DNA of 64,000 bases, from positions 59,728 to 123,727 of the forward strand of contig JBJEPH010000108.1 in assembly GCA_051881135.1 (NCBI GenBank). The letters are read 5' to 3'. The position numbers and the translations under genes were made by a program. This stretch comes from Eubacterium sp. Lineage in GTDB: Bacteria > Bacillota > Clostridia > Oscillospirales > Acutalibacteraceae. Positions 1-10,198 of this stretch are shown here, piece by piece. The notes beneath the pieces are model-generated. The model searched no databases, was not told where the DNA came from, and saw nothing but the letters and a program-made list of their open reading frames with translations. Each line of letters opens with the position of its first letter. The stretch's first letter is position 1.

Positions 1-830
1 CCTACCGAAAGCGCACCCTCCTTCTTGCGCAGAGCTGTGATGGTTGTTACAAGCTCTGGAAGCGATGTGCCTATGGCAATGGCGATTACCGAAATAATTC
101 TTTGAGGGATACCGATATCCTGTGCAAGTCTTGTACCGCCGTTTACAAGCAATTGAGCGCCCATAACCGTACAGAAAGCGCCGATAAGGAACATAGCTAT
201 ATTCTTTACCCAGTCTGCACCTGATGCGCTCTCCCTGCTCGGAACAATATCATCCTCCTCCTGCAAGCCTATGCTGTCAGGACTGGGCTCAATTTGAACC
301 GAAGCATTTTTCATAGAGATAAAGTTTTCGATGAAGAAGGCAATGAAGATAACAAACAAAGCTACGACGCCTATCATATGAAGTGTGTGATATTGGTTTG
401 TTTCACCCTCAAATACCATAGCCTGTGAAGCAGTTAAGCCTGCTGCAAGCGCCAAAACGACAGATGAAAGGAACATCATAGTTGCCTTTGGTGTAAACTC
501 CTTGCGCTTTACGGCAAAGGGCATACAAACAATGAAAATGCCCATAATCATAGCCGTGTTTGCAGTTACGGAGCCTACGGCATTTCCGGTTGCCATATCA
601 ACATTTCCCTTAGCCGTGGCAGTAATGCTGACAATCATTTCAGGTAAGGTGGTTGCAATAGATACTATGGTTGCACCTATTACAAACTTTGGAACTCCGA
701 GCACCTCGGCAATCCAGCTTGCGCTGTCAACAAACCAGTCGCCACCCTTAATTATGAGTATAAGGCCTAATACAAACAGTCCGCCGACCAATACTACGCT
801 GGTGTCGGGATTTTGAAAAAACGCTTCCAT
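1..830 (-). CDS. CaCA-family Na+/Ca2+ antiporter (YrbG-like), N-terminal 276 codons; the C-terminus lies beyond the window edge
   Basis: This ORF is absent from the ORF track because it has no stop codon inside the window. My manual minus-strand translation from ATG 830-828 stays open to position 1. It reads MEAFFQNPDTSVVLVGGLFVLGLILIIKGGDWFVDSASWIAEVLGVPKFVIGATIVSIATTLPEMIVSI...GNAVGSVTANTAMIMG...GTSLPELVTTITALRKKEG. It is multi-TM and carries the two alpha-repeat motifs typical of CaCA exchangers. The + ORF at 502..816 is its antisense shadow. Confidence 0.8.
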   Translation of the reverse strand, partial: MEAFFQNPDTSVVLVGGLFVLGLILIIKGGDWFVDSASWIAEVLGVPKFVIGATIVSIATTLPEMIVSITATAKGNVDMATGNAVGSVTANTAMIMGIFIVCMPFAVKRKEFTPKATMMFLSSVVLALAAGLTASQAMVFEGETNQYHTLHMIGVVALFVIFIAFFIENFISMKNASVQIEPSPDSIGLQEEDDIVPSRESASGADWVKNIAMFLIGAFCTVMGAQLLVNGGTRLAQDIGIPQRIISVIAIAIGTSLPELVTTITALRKKEGALSV

Positions 831-866
831 TTCATTACTCCTTAATTAATTCCTATTTTGTAGATA

Positions 867-895
867 AAACCCGTTACGATAATCGCAACGGGTTT
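867..895 (-). terminator. Intrinsic terminator downstream of the Cys/Asp-rich small protein gene
   Basis: Hairpin AAACCCGTTGCG-ATTAT-CGTAACGGGTTT on the minus strand, with one mismatch, followed by TTTTATCT. Confidence 0.5.
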
Positions 896-949
896 GAGTA
901 ACGGTAATAATGCATTTAGACGGGTATGGATTACTACCGTTACCCTATA

Positions 950-1369
950 TCAGTCGTGACAATCGCAATCGTCATCACATTCATCAAATTCAAACTCAAG
1001 AACCTCGCCGCAGCTTGGGCACTCGAATTTGCCCTGCATAACTGTATCCTCGTCAACAGTGATTTCAGCGTGGCAGGCTGGGCACTCGATTTCGTACTCT
1101 GCATATTCATCGTCGTCACAGCAATCGCAGTCACAGTCGCAATCGCAATCGTCGTAAACGTATTCCTCAAGCTCTGCAAGGTCGTCGTCAACAGCGTCAA
1201 TCTGCTCGCCGACTAATTCCAAGCCCTCTGTCATATCCTCGATATCCTCTGTAAGATTTTCAAGAACATCAATGATAGCCTTAATAACCTTGGTTTCCTT
1301 CTTGTTATCGTCAAGATCCAAGCCGTCCAAAAGTCCTTTTAAATAGCCTAAGCTTTCAATAGTTTCCAT
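950..1369 (-). CDS. Small highly acidic protein with an N-terminal helical domain (CD1247-N-terminal-like), (Asp-Cys)n repeats and a CxxC...CxxC zinc ribbon
   Basis: 139 aa. Contains METIESLGYLKGLLDGL...DDCDCDCDCDCCDDDE...ECPACHAEITVDEDTVMQGKFECPSCGE...DECDDDCDCHD. An RBS lies upstream. The gene sits 20 nt downstream of efp on the same strand. Confidence 0.75.
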   Translation of the reverse strand: METIESLGYLKGLLDGLDLDDNKKETKVIKAIIDVLENLTEDIEDMTEGLELVGEQIDAVDDDLAELEEYVYDDCDCDCDCDCCDDDEYAEYEIECPACHAEITVDEDTVMQGKFECPSCGEVLEFEFDECDDDCDCHD

Positions 1370-1389
1370 AATTATTACCTCTCTGAAAA

Positions 1390-1947
1390 TTATGCTCTTT
1401 CCATATATTCACAGGTGCGAGTGTCAATTCTAATCATATCGCCCTCGTTGATGAATAACGGAACACGGATTTCGGCACCTGTTTCAACAGTTGCCGGCTT
1501 TAATGTGTTGGTTGCTGTATTACCCTTAAGACCGGGCTCTGTATGAGTTACCTCAAGAGTAACGAAGGTTGGCGGCTCAACACCGAAAACCTTACCCTTG
1601 TAGGAAAGAATTTTGCAAACATCGTTTTCCTTTACATAACGGAAGCTGTCCGGTAGGTCTGCTTCTGCAACAGGAACCATCTCGAATGTTTCATTATCCA
1701 TAAAATAGTATAAACCGTCGTCGCTGTATGAGTATGCCATTTCCTTTCTTTCGATATAGGCTGTCGGATACTTCGCTGACGGGTTGTAGCTCTTTTCAAC
1801 CACTGAGCCTGTAATTACATTCTTTGTCTTTGTTCTAACAAAGGCTGCGCCCTTGCCCGGCTTTACATGCTGGAATTCGATAACCTGTAAAACATTGCCG
1901 TCTTCCTCAAAGGTTACGCCGTTTCTGAAATCACCTGCACTAATCAT
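1390..1947 (-). CDS. efp: Translation elongation factor P
   Basis: 185 aa. [47 protein letters not shown] is the canonical EF-P N-terminus, including the KPGKG loop. Confidence 0.97.
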   Translation of the reverse strand: MISAGDFRNGVTFEEDGNVLQVIEFQHVKPGKGAAFVRTKTKNVITGSVVEKSYNPSAKYPTAYIERKEMAYSYSDDGLYYFMDNETFEMVPVAEADLPDSFRYVKENDVCKILSYKGKVFGVEPPTFVTLEVTHTEPGLKGNTATNTLKPATVETGAEIRVPLFINEGDMIRIDTRTCEYMERA

Positions 1948-1990
1948 ATTATTATACCTCCCAGTATATTTTATTAATTACCTGTCTATT

Positions 1991-2425
1991 TTATAATATT
2001 TCAGTCAATAAATCAATACCCATTTTGTAACTATCTTTACCAAAACCGCAAATTTGCTTAACACAAACAGGAGTTATTACGGAAATCCTGCGAAAATCCT
2101 CTCTTTCGTGGATGTTGCTCATATGCACCTCAACGAAGGGAGTGTACTCGGAAACTGCCTCTATTGCGTCACGAATTGCATAAGAATAGTGGGTATAGGC
2201 ACCTGCATTTATAACAACGCCGTCATATTTATTCATACTTGAATGAATAACGTCAATAATGTCGCCCTCGTGATTTGACTGATAAAAATATATGTCAACG
2301 CCCTTTTCGTCGCCGTACGCCTTAAGCTCTGCGTTGATATCCTCGAGGGTTTCTGCTCCGTAAACATTCTTTTTTCTTATTCCGGTCATATTAAGGTTTG
2401 GACCGTTGAGCACCAAAATTTTCAT
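1991..2425 (-). CDS. aroQ: Type II 3-dehydroquinate dehydratase
   Basis: 144 aa. MKILVLNGPNLNMTGIRKKNVYG...YQSNHEGDIID...INAGAYTHYSYAIRDA...EVHMSNIH carries the AroQ signature motifs. Confidence 0.95.
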   Translation of the reverse strand: MKILVLNGPNLNMTGIRKKNVYGAETLEDINAELKAYGDEKGVDIYFYQSNHEGDIIDVIHSSMNKYDGVVINAGAYTHYSYAIRDAIEAVSEYTPFVEVHMSNIHEREDFRRISVITPVCVKQICGFGKDSYKMGIDLLTEIL

Positions 2426-2500
2426 ATAATCACCAAGGCTATAATATCATAAAAGTATATATAATGCAAGAACCCGACATCGTTGCCGAGCATAAAAATA

Positions 2501-2524
2501 AAAAGCAGGTCAACACCTGCTTTT
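2501..2524 (-). terminator. Intrinsic terminator after rpsU
   Basis: AAAAGCAGGT-GTTG-ACCTGCTTTT hairpin followed by a T-run on the minus strand. It has A/T runs on both sides. Confidence 0.6.
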
Positions 2525-2530
2525 TATGTA

Positions 2531-2707
2531 TTACTTATACTTTCTTTTGCGAGCAGCTTCGCTCTTCTTCTTACGAGCCACTGATGGCTTTTCGTAATGC
2601 TCTCTCTTTCTAACTTCCTGGATGATGCCATCACGAGAAGTTTGGCGCTTAAATCTTCTGAGTGCGCTGTCCAGAGATTCATTTTCCTTAACTTTTACTT
2701 GACTCAC
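2531..2707 (-). CDS. rpsU: 30S ribosomal protein S21
   Basis: Not in the ORF track because it is under 60 aa and starts with GTG. Manual translation gives [58 protein letters not shown] (58 aa). A GGAGGGAGGG RBS lies 7 nt upstream. Confidence 0.9.
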   Translation of the reverse strand: MSQVKVKENESLDSALRRFKRQTSRDGIIQEVRKREHYEKPSVARKKKSEAARKRKYK

Positions 2708-2830
2708 TGTATTCCCTCCCTCCGAACCATCGGGGGTTATTTGATATGTAAATTTTTATATCGGAAAGATTATAATAAATATTACGGTAATTGTCAAGCA
2801 TTTTAGCGAATAATGTTATAATTTGTGAAC

Positions 2831-5143
2831 TTATTCGAATTTTATGCTTGAAGATGTCGATTTACACGAATAATATGTCTTTCCCGATAGCGTTTTATAC
2901 TGCTCAATGCAATAGTAATAGGTTTTACCTTTTTTAACATTTTTGTCCGTAAATGAAGTAGATGTGCCGGATTTAACGGTTTTGTAAAGTTCGTATGATG
3001 CGGACTTTGATGTTTTTCTGTAAATTCTGTATCCCGTTGCATAATCGGATTTTACCCAAGAAACCTTAATTGACGATGCCTGCTTTGTAAGCTTAGGAGC
3101 CGACATTTTTGGAGGCAGGGCTCTCTTTTTAACTATGTCCGAATATCCGCCTGCACCGAATGCGTTTTTACCGCAAACCTTAAACTCATAATATGTGCCG
3201 AGCTTTAAGCCCGAAACATTAGCCGAGGAATTTGAGGTAACGCAGGCAGTTTTAAAGGCTGTTTCTCCCGATTTGCGATAAAGCAGCTTATAGGAGGAAG
3301 CAAGCGGATCCTTGCTCCACGAAACCGTTATGGCTGTGTTTGCCTTGCTGACAGCCTTAACATTTTTTATGCTTTCAATTTTTATTTTTACTCCGTTACT
3401 TTGCTTATCTGCTCCGTAAAAGGCATTGCCGTCAACTATTACATAGCGCTTAACCCTGTAATAATAGGTTTTGTTGTATGAGATATCCTTGTCCAAATAC
3501 TTATCAACGGCTTTATCTTCAATTTGAGCAAGCTTGGTGTATATGCCGTCGGCAGATGATGAACGGTAAATTATATATCCCGTTACATCGCTTCTTGTAG
3601 GATAGCTTATTTCTATACCGCTTTTAGTCGGCGCAGTATTGACATATGACGGGGTGGGAGGCAGACATTTTTTATTTATCACAGAATAATCGCTGCATCC
3701 AACGGCATTTGCTCCTGCGACCTTGCAGGTATAGCTTTCGCCTACGGTTAAGCCCTTAACATTAACGCTTAAATCCGTGGTTTCGCCCGAAGCGACAGCC
3801 TTTCCCTTGCTGTCGGTTACGGAATATATAAATCTGTCAACAATTGGATTATCGGGAAAGGAAAGCTTTAGTCCCGTGGTTGACGAACGGTTTACGGTTA
3901 ATTCGGGAGCGGAAATCATATAGGTACACGATACGACAGGCGACGCATTTGAATAAGAATACGGAGATACGGACTTATATGCATCTACCCTGTAATAATA
4001 TTTTTTGCCGTATTGTGCCGCCTTATCAAGACATTCCGAGGTGTCGGGATTTGTTAGCTGCTTTATTCTTTTATATGTTCCGTCCTTTGTTTCGCTTCTG
4101 TAAACATAATAGCCTGTACAATCGGCGCTCGGCGTCCACCTAAGAATAATTCCGTTTTTATCAAGCGACGGCTTGAGTGATTTTACGGCAGGCGGTAACG
4201 CCTTAATTGTTTTAACGCTTGAGAAGCTGCGCCACTTTCCGTTTACATATGCACGAGCCTTCAGATTATATTCGGAGCCTGTTTTTAGATTTGTTATTGA
4301 ACAGCTTGTCTTTGTTATGCTGTTTGACAGGACCTTATAATCCTTATCATCTGCTTTTTTATATCTAACCTCGTATTTTTCTGCGCCTATAATGGATTTC
4401 CAGCTTACAGAAAGAGAGGTTGAGGTTTTGTTTGAGGCAGACAAAACGGGTATGGTAGGTCCTACCTGATTGTAGATATCAAGATATTTACTGTATCTGT
4501 TGATGGTTATGCCCAGTCCGCCGCTTTTCATTTTGTTGTAGAAAATGGCGTTAAGGGATATCATATTTCCGTTTGAGTTATACTGCGTTTTGGTTGGATT
4601 TTCAAGAAAGCTTGACCATATAATATTATCGATATGGCAGGAGCTTCTCGGGTAATCCGCAGTTTCGTAATTTGAATGATAGATTTGCATTTTGTCGGTA
4701 TCCACACTTTGAATCATAAAGGTGTGGGTAGCAGAATTTGAGCTTGAGCTTGTAAGAGTTCCGTAATGAATAACATCACCCGGCATTGCGTTAGTCATAA
4801 AGAAATTCATAATATCCTTCGCCGAAGCGCTTGTCATAGAGGATGATGTGTTTTTGTAGGTTGCAACGGTATAGTAATTGCCTGAGGAATGGGTGCACAT
4901 ATAGTTGCCGTGCAGTCCCTCGCCGTTATATCCGACGCCGTACAGCTTTTCGCAAACAGCAGAGATAAAGCCATAGCAGTTGTTTGTTACTTTGGCAGTT
5001 TTTCCGGGGATAAAGCCCGTGGTTGTTTGTATTTTTTTAAGAGCATCAAGTGCATTGATTTTATCAGCGGAATATGCAGTAACCGAGCATAAGCCCGTAA
5101 CAAGCATAACGGCGGAAAGCAATAGGGAAATTACCTTTTTCAA
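2831..5143 (-). CDS. Secreted multidomain protein: signal peptide, papain-fold (CHAP/NlpC-P60-like) Cys-His domain, and about six fibronectin type III repeats
   Basis: 770 aa. Signal peptide is MKKVISLLLSAVMLVTGLCSVTAYSA. The putative catalytic Cys is in NNCYGFISAV and the His is in GDVIHYG...ATHTFMIQS. FN3-like units recur in the form W....GA.KYEV.YK / GY.IYRS....YYY.V.AY. Confidence 0.8.
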   Translation of the reverse strand: MKKVISLLLSAVMLVTGLCSVTAYSADKINALDALKKIQTTTGFIPGKTAKVTNNCYGFISAVCEKLYGVGYNGEGLHGNYMCTHSSGNYYTVATYKNTSSSMTSASAKDIMNFFMTNAMPGDVIHYGTLTSSSSNSATHTFMIQSVDTDKMQIYHSNYETADYPRSSCHIDNIIWSSFLENPTKTQYNSNGNMISLNAIFYNKMKSGGLGITINRYSKYLDIYNQVGPTIPVLSASNKTSTSLSVSWKSIIGAEKYEVRYKKADDKDYKVLSNSITKTSCSITNLKTGSEYNLKARAYVNGKWRSFSSVKTIKALPPAVKSLKPSLDKNGIILRWTPSADCTGYYVYRSETKDGTYKRIKQLTNPDTSECLDKAAQYGKKYYYRVDAYKSVSPYSYSNASPVVSCTYMISAPELTVNRSSTTGLKLSFPDNPIVDRFIYSVTDSKGKAVASGETTDLSVNVKGLTVGESYTCKVAGANAVGCSDYSVINKKCLPPTPSYVNTAPTKSGIEISYPTRSDVTGYIIYRSSSADGIYTKLAQIEDKAVDKYLDKDISYNKTYYYRVKRYVIVDGNAFYGADKQSNGVKIKIESIKNVKAVSKANTAITVSWSKDPLASSYKLLYRKSGETAFKTACVTSNSSANVSGLKLGTYYEFKVCGKNAFGAGGYSDIVKKRALPPKMSAPKLTKQASSIKVSWVKSDYATGYRIYRKTSKSASYELYKTVKSGTSTSFTDKNVKKGKTYYYCIEQYKTLSGKTYYSCKSTSSSIKFE

Positions 5144-5211
5144 AAAATCACCTACAAAACAAAATTCGACCTATTATACCATAAAAGGCATAATAGGTCA
5201 AACAAGACAAA

Positions 5212-7140
5212 TTATTTAACTAAGAACGAGTGGACATTGCCACAGTTATCAAAGGAATAAATATAGTCGCCGATATAGGTAATTCTTGAATTGCCGAAAT
5301 AATCTTCATCATTTACCTGATAGTCAAAGCTGCACTTTTCCTGAATTTCATCACCGTTTACGCTAAAGACAACCGCACCTGCATTGTAATCTGCGTCATC
5401 CATCGGAATTGCCATATAATCCTTTGCTTCGTTTATGATGAGCGCCTTTGGATTATACTGTGCTTCGGAATACATATCCCTATAAACCCTGGAATCGAGT
5501 ACCTTTGGCTTTTGCGGATTTGAAATATCAAACAGTGCAAGCTTTATTCCGGATATATATTCCATATCCGAATCCTCTACGCTGTCGGTTGCATTGCCTA
5601 TGCCGAGAAGCCTGTTATCGCCTATCGGGATAAGCATTGTTGAAAAGCCCGTGATTTTAACGCTTCCCTTGATTTGCATATCCTTTGGATTTGAAATATC
5701 TATAACAAACAGAGGGTCGGTTTGCTTATAGGTTATAACATAGGCGTAATCGCCGATATATCTTACTGCTCTTACGGATTCGTCAGCGCCGAAGGACTCG
5801 GTTCTGCCTATTCTGTTAAGATTTTCGTCAAAGGCGTACAAATAGTTGTAATCCTTGCCGAGCTTAGTGTTTTGATTTGTAACACAGGCAAAAAATGTGC
5901 CGTCAATCTCGCTGAAGGAATACTGGCTGTCAAATCTGCCGTTGATTTTACAGCTCGGTCCGAATTCTACACCGTTGTCCAAATTGATTTTTGCAATAAA
6001 GGTTTTTTCGTTTACGCCGCTGTAATCGTTTCCGATAATATAAAGATGCTCGGTTGTGCAATAAACCTCTGAGCCTGCACCGATAACGGATTTTGTTTTG
6101 CCGATACGCTTGCCTTTTTTGGTGTCGATAGCCGAAACGACAGTAAAGTCATCGCCCTTACATTCGGTATATGCAATATCAGTTGGTTCGATGATACAGC
6201 TTGATTTTTCATTTTCCGAATAGGACGGCATTATGGTATCATCTATGACATAATTTTTATCATAGTAGTAATTATTGTAGCCATAGTTTGAAACAAGATA
6301 AAGCGTATCACCTACCATACGGGAGGAGGCATAACCGCCCTTTTGAGCGAAGCTATATACCTTTTTGGGATTATATACATCGCTTATATCGTAAACAAGA
6401 CATTCCGTTTGCGCAGTTTCGCCTATATCCTTGTCATAATAAAAGCTATTTGCTTGTGCAACAAGCCTGTCGCCTTTAATATAGAAATCCATAATATTTC
6501 TTGAAATGTACTTGCTTGCGTTATTATTGTAGCTTGTTTTGAAGCTTATTTTGCCAACCTGCTTTGTTTTTCCGTCCTTGGCTTCAAAAATAGCGATATA
6601 GGATTCGGAATAATCATCCTTCCATACCTCGCAGGATTTATAGATATATTTTCCGTCGGTTTTTATTGTATCAGCCTCATCAACATCCTTTTCCTGAAGA
6701 TAGGTTTCGCCGTGATTAACCTCTGTTGAGCTTCCGTATGCTGAGTCGGCAGCACTTTCCTCTATGCTATCCGCACCCTTATTTGTGTATAAGCCAAGGC
6801 CAAACGCAAAATTGCTTTTATTATCCTTTATTATTTTTTCAACATATTCGTTCAGCTCGTCCTCACTGCCGAAGGTTTGCATAACGGCAGGCTGAGAGCC
6901 CTGCGTCTTATTGTTAAGCACTCTCTCGCTGTCGGCAATTTTCACGGCTGAGAAGCTTGCAACAAAAACGGCAAAGCATGCGGCAAGGCTTACTATCGCT
7001 TTAAATGCTCTTGTTTTTACGAAAGGAATTTTTTTGCGAGGGCTGTCGAGCTTTTGAAAAACCTTTTTGTCAAGCCCGTCGGGGACCTGCAAATTTGCAT
7101 TATCAAATTTTTCCTTAAGATATTCAAAATCGTTATTCAT
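5212..7140 (-). CDS. Single-pass membrane protein with a large extracytoplasmic beta-propeller domain; putative anti-sigma or sensor partner of the upstream ECF sigma
   Basis: 642 aa. It has a short cytoplasmic N-terminus, one TM (AIVSLAACFAVFVASFSAVKIA), then repeated beta-strand-rich units as in PF09826-type beta-propeller proteins. Its start is 4 nt after the sigma-factor stop. Confidence 0.75.
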   Translation of the reverse strand: MNNDFEYLKEKFDNANLQVPDGLDKKVFQKLDSPRKKIPFVKTRAFKAIVSLAACFAVFVASFSAVKIADSERVLNNKTQGSQPAVMQTFGSEDELNEYVEKIIKDNKSNFAFGLGLYTNKGADSIEESAADSAYGSSTEVNHGETYLQEKDVDEADTIKTDGKYIYKSCEVWKDDYSESYIAIFEAKDGKTKQVGKISFKTSYNNNASKYISRNIMDFYIKGDRLVAQANSFYYDKDIGETAQTECLVYDISDVYNPKKVYSFAQKGGYASSRMVGDTLYLVSNYGYNNYYYDKNYVIDDTIMPSYSENEKSSCIIEPTDIAYTECKGDDFTVVSAIDTKKGKRIGKTKSVIGAGSEVYCTTEHLYIIGNDYSGVNEKTFIAKINLDNGVEFGPSCKINGRFDSQYSFSEIDGTFFACVTNQNTKLGKDYNYLYAFDENLNRIGRTESFGADESVRAVRYIGDYAYVITYKQTDPLFVIDISNPKDMQIKGSVKITGFSTMLIPIGDNRLLGIGNATDSVEDSDMEYISGIKLALFDISNPQKPKVLDSRVYRDMYSEAQYNPKALIINEAKDYMAIPMDDADYNAGAVVFSVNGDEIQEKCSFDYQVNDEDYFGNSRITYIGDYIYSFDNCGNVHSFLVK

Positions 7141-7144
7141 AATA

Positions 7145-7654
7145 CTACTCCAAAAATTCTCTCATTTTAGTTAGTGCTCTGGATTGCTTGGACCTAACTG
7201 CACCGGCAGTATATCCCGTTGCCTTTGCTATTTCCTTGCTTGTAAAGCCTGCTACAACCGACAAAAGCACAATTTCTCTTTCCTGCTCGTTCAGCCTTGA
7301 CAGCGCTTCGCGCAATTCCAGCGATAATTCCGTGCAGATATCGTTACAGGGAATTTCAAAATCGTCGATATTTTCTTCCTCTCTGCGCTTGACAACCGAT
7401 TTTAAATATTTGTTGCAGCTTGCAGAATGTATGGAAAACAACCAGGAGGAAAAAGCCTTGGGCGATTTCAGCCTGCTTATCTGCTCAAAGGCAGATAAAA
7501 CCGTGTCCGATACCGCGTCCATAGCATCCTCGCTGTTTCCGATTTTGTACCAAGCGTAATGATACAGTCTGTCCCTATACATTTTATACAGACACACAAA
7601 CGCATCTCTGTCGCCCTGCTTGGCTTTTATAACATAATCCGAGTAATCCATCAT
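7145..7654 (-). CDS. ECF-type sigma-70 family RNA polymerase sigma factor
   Basis: The region 2 motif is DAFVCLYKMYRDRLYHYAWYKIGNSEDAMDAVSDT. The region 4 HTH is REIVLLSVVAGFTSKEIAKATGYTAGAVRSKQSRALTKMR. The AGAGGTG RBS favours ATG at 7654 or 7651 over the ORF-track start at 7678. Confidence 0.9.
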   Translation of the reverse strand: MMDYSDYVIKAKQGDRDAFVCLYKMYRDRLYHYAWYKIGNSEDAMDAVSDTVLSAFEQISRLKSPKAFSSWLFSIHSASCNKYLKSVVKRREEENIDDFEIPCNDICTELSLELREALSRLNEQEREIVLLSVVAGFTSKEIAKATGYTAGAVRSKQSRALTKMREFLE

Positions 7655-7751
7655 TTCACCTCTTTTGAGATATCTCATAAGTATAGTATAAAAAAATCGT
7701 CAAAGTGTTGCAATAAAAATATATAAATTGTTTTTTAAAGCAGACAAACAA

Positions 7752-7779
7752 AAAACGGACTTTGATGAAAGTCCGTTTT
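7752..7779 (-). terminator. Intrinsic terminator after leuS
   Basis: ACGGACTTT-CATC-AAAGTCCGT hairpin followed by TTTTTTGTTTG on the minus strand. Confidence 0.7.
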
Positions 7780-7789
7780 TGCGTAAGGT

Positions 7790-10198
7790 TTATATTGCGA
7801 CAATATTTACAAGCTTTCCGGGAACATAAATTTCCTTTTTGATTTCCTTGCCTGCGATAAGCTCGGCAATTTTGGAATCGGCCTTTGCAAGTGCAATAGC
7901 CTCGTCCTTTGAAATATCAACCGGAACAGTGATTCTTGAACGAACCTTACCCATAACCTGTAAAGCAATTTCTATGCTGTTTTCCTTAGTCTTTTCCTCG
8001 TCATATTCGGGCCACTTTGCCTCGCTGACCATACCGCCGTAGTTCATAACCTCCCACATTTCTTCGGTTACATGCGGTGCAAACGGGTTAAGGAGAATAG
8101 TTAAGGTTTTCAGCTCTTCCCTGTTACAGCCCTTTTGAGTCATTTCGTTTACAAGAGTCATCATAGCGGCAATAGCCGTATTAGCCTTAAGATTGTCGAT
8201 ATCCTCGGAAACCTTCTTGATTGTTTTATGAATTAATGCCTCAAGCTCGGCGGAATAAGAGTCGCCGTCAACAACACTTTCCTGAAGATTCCAATATTTT
8301 TCGATAAATCTCTTACAACCCTTAATTGAGTCGGAGTTCCAAGGAGCAGCCTTTTCGAAATCGCCGATAAACATTTCGTAAAGACGCATTGTATCGGCAC
8401 CGTAGGTGTCAACAATTTCATCGGGATTTACAACATTGCCCCTTGATTTTGACATCTTCTCGCCGTTCTCGCCCAAAATCATACCGTGAGAGGTTCTCTT
8501 TTGGTATGGCTCGGGATTTGGAACTACGCCGATATCATAAAGGAATTTATGCCAAAATCTTGAATAAAGCAGGTGGAGGGTTGTATGCTCCATACCGCCG
8601 TTATACCAATCTACCGGAGCCCAATAATTTACAGCCTCTTTAGAAACTAATTCCTTATCGTTATGAGGATCCATATATCTGAGGAAATACCAGGATGAGC
8701 CTGCCCACTGCGGCATAGTATCCGTTTCTCTCTTTGCAGGAGCGCCGCAGCACGGACAGGTTGTATTAACCCAATCCGTCATCTTTGCAAGCGGTGATTC
8801 TCCCGTTTCCGTAGGCTCATAGGACTCAACATTAGGAAGCGTCAACGGAAGCTCGCTTTCCGGAAGCGGAACATATCCGCACTTATCACATTTTACGATA
8901 GGAATAGGCTCGCCCCAATATCTCTGGCGTGAGAATACCCAGTCGCGAAGCTTGAAGTTAACCTTTTGGTGTCCCTTGCCCTCTTTTGTAAGCCATTCTG
9001 TAATGGCAACCTTTGCTTCCTCTACGGACATACCTGTAAGGAAGGAGGAATTTGTCATAACGCCTGTTGCGCAATCGGTAAACGGTTCGTTTTCCACACC
9101 GACCTCGCTTCCCTTAACTACCTCGATGATAGGCAAATCAAATTTCTTTGCAAATTCCCAGTCACGGGTATCGTGGGCAGGTACAGCCATAATTGCACCT
9201 GTACCGTAGGAAACAAGAACATAGTCGGAGATGAAAATAGGAATTTCCTTATCATTTACAGGATTGATGCCCTTTACGCCCTGAAGCATAACGCCTGTTT
9301 TACCCTTATTAAGCTCTGTACGCTCAAAATCGGATTTATGGGCGGCTTCGTCCTGATAAGCACGAACCTCGTCAATATTTGTGATGCTGTCCTTCCACTT
9401 TTCGATAAGAGGATGCTCGGGCGCAATAACCATATATGTAGCGCCGAACAGTGTGTCGGGACGGGTTGTGTAAACCGTAAGTGTATCGCCGAGCGTTGTG
9501 CAGAAATCAACCTCTGCGCCTGTTGAACGGCCAATCCAGTTGCGTTGCTGTGTTTTAACTCTGTCGATAAAATCAACGGTATCCAAATCCTTAACAAGTC
9601 TGTCGGCATACTCTGTAATTTTGAGCATCCACTGACTCTGGTTTTTACGGATTACCTCGCTTCCGCAACGCTCGCAAACGCCGTTTACAACCTCCTCGTT
9701 TGCAAGAACGCATTTGCAGGAGGTGCACCAGTTTACAGCCATTTCCTTCTTATATGCCAAGCCCTTTTTGAAAAGCTGTAAGAAAATCCACTGTGTCCAC
9801 TTATAGTATGACGGGTCGGTAGTATTTACCTCTCTTGTCCAATCAAAAGAGAAGCCGAGAGACTGAAGCTGTGACTTAAAACGGGCAACATTGTTTTTTG
9901 TTACCTCAGCAGGATGGATATGATTTTTAATTGCAAAATTCTCTGTCGGAAGTCCGAAGGCATCCCAGCCCATAGGATAGAGAACATTGTAGCCCTCCAA
10001 GCGCTTTTTTCTTGCTACGATATCCAAAGCGGTATATGACCTTGGGTGTCCTACATGAAGTCCCTGTCCCGACGGATACGGAAACTCAACCAGGCAATAA
10101 AACTTTGGCAGAGAATAGTCGTCCTTTGCGGCAAATGTGTTTTGGGTGTACCACACATTCTGCCATTTTGATTCGATTTGTTTAAAATTATATTCCAT
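7790..10198 (-). CDS. leuS: Leucyl-tRNA synthetase
   Basis: 802 aa. Contains the HVGH (HIGH-type) and KMSKS motifs and the editing domain. [16 protein letters not shown] is a typical LeuS N-terminus. Confidence 0.98.
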   Translation of the reverse strand: MEYNFKQIESKWQNVWYTQNTFAAKDDYSLPKFYCLVEFPYPSGQGLHVGHPRSYTALDIVARKKRLEGYNVLYPMGWDAFGLPTENFAIKNHIHPAEVTKNNVARFKSQLQSLGFSFDWTREVNTTDPSYYKWTQWIFLQLFKKGLAYKKEMAVNWCTSCKCVLANEEVVNGVCERCGSEVIRKNQSQWMLKITEYADRLVKDLDTVDFIDRVKTQQRNWIGRSTGAEVDFCTTLGDTLTVYTTRPDTLFGATYMVIAPEHPLIEKWKDSITNIDEVRAYQDEAAHKSDFERTELNKGKTGVMLQGVKGINPVNDKEIPIFISDYVLVSYGTGAIMAVPAHDTRDWEFAKKFDLPIIEVVKGSEVGVENEPFTDCATGVMTNSSFLTGMSVEEAKVAITEWLTKEGKGHQKVNFKLRDWVFSRQRYWGEPIPIVKCDKCGYVPLPESELPLTLPNVESYEPTETGESPLAKMTDWVNTTCPCCGAPAKRETDTMPQWAGSSWYFLRYMDPHNDKELVSKEAVNYWAPVDWYNGGMEHTTLHLLYSRFWHKFLYDIGVVPNPEPYQKRTSHGMILGENGEKMSKSRGNVVNPDEIVDTYGADTMRLYEMFIGDFEKAAPWNSDSIKGCKRFIEKYWNLQESVVDGDSYSAELEALIHKTIKKVSEDIDNLKANTAIAAMMTLVNEMTQKGCNREELKTLTILLNPFAPHVTEEMWEVMNYGGMVSEAKWPEYDEEKTKENSIEIALQVMGKVRSRITVPVDISKDEAIALAKADSKIAELIAGKEIKKEIYVPGKLVNIVAI

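Noticed and set aside
502-816. 104-aa plus-strand ORF in the ORF track
   Set aside because: It lies antisense to an unlisted but clearly real CaCA antiporter gene (minus strand, 1..830) that carries conserved alpha-repeat motifs. The plus-strand product is low-complexity and hydrophobic, has no RBS and resembles nothing.
926-1216. 96-aa plus-strand ORF and 86-aa minus-strand ORF overlapping the Cys/Asp-rich gene
   Set aside because: These are alternative frames of a repeat-rich region. Only the 950..1369 frame has an RBS, a zinc-ribbon motif and a family-like N-terminal domain.
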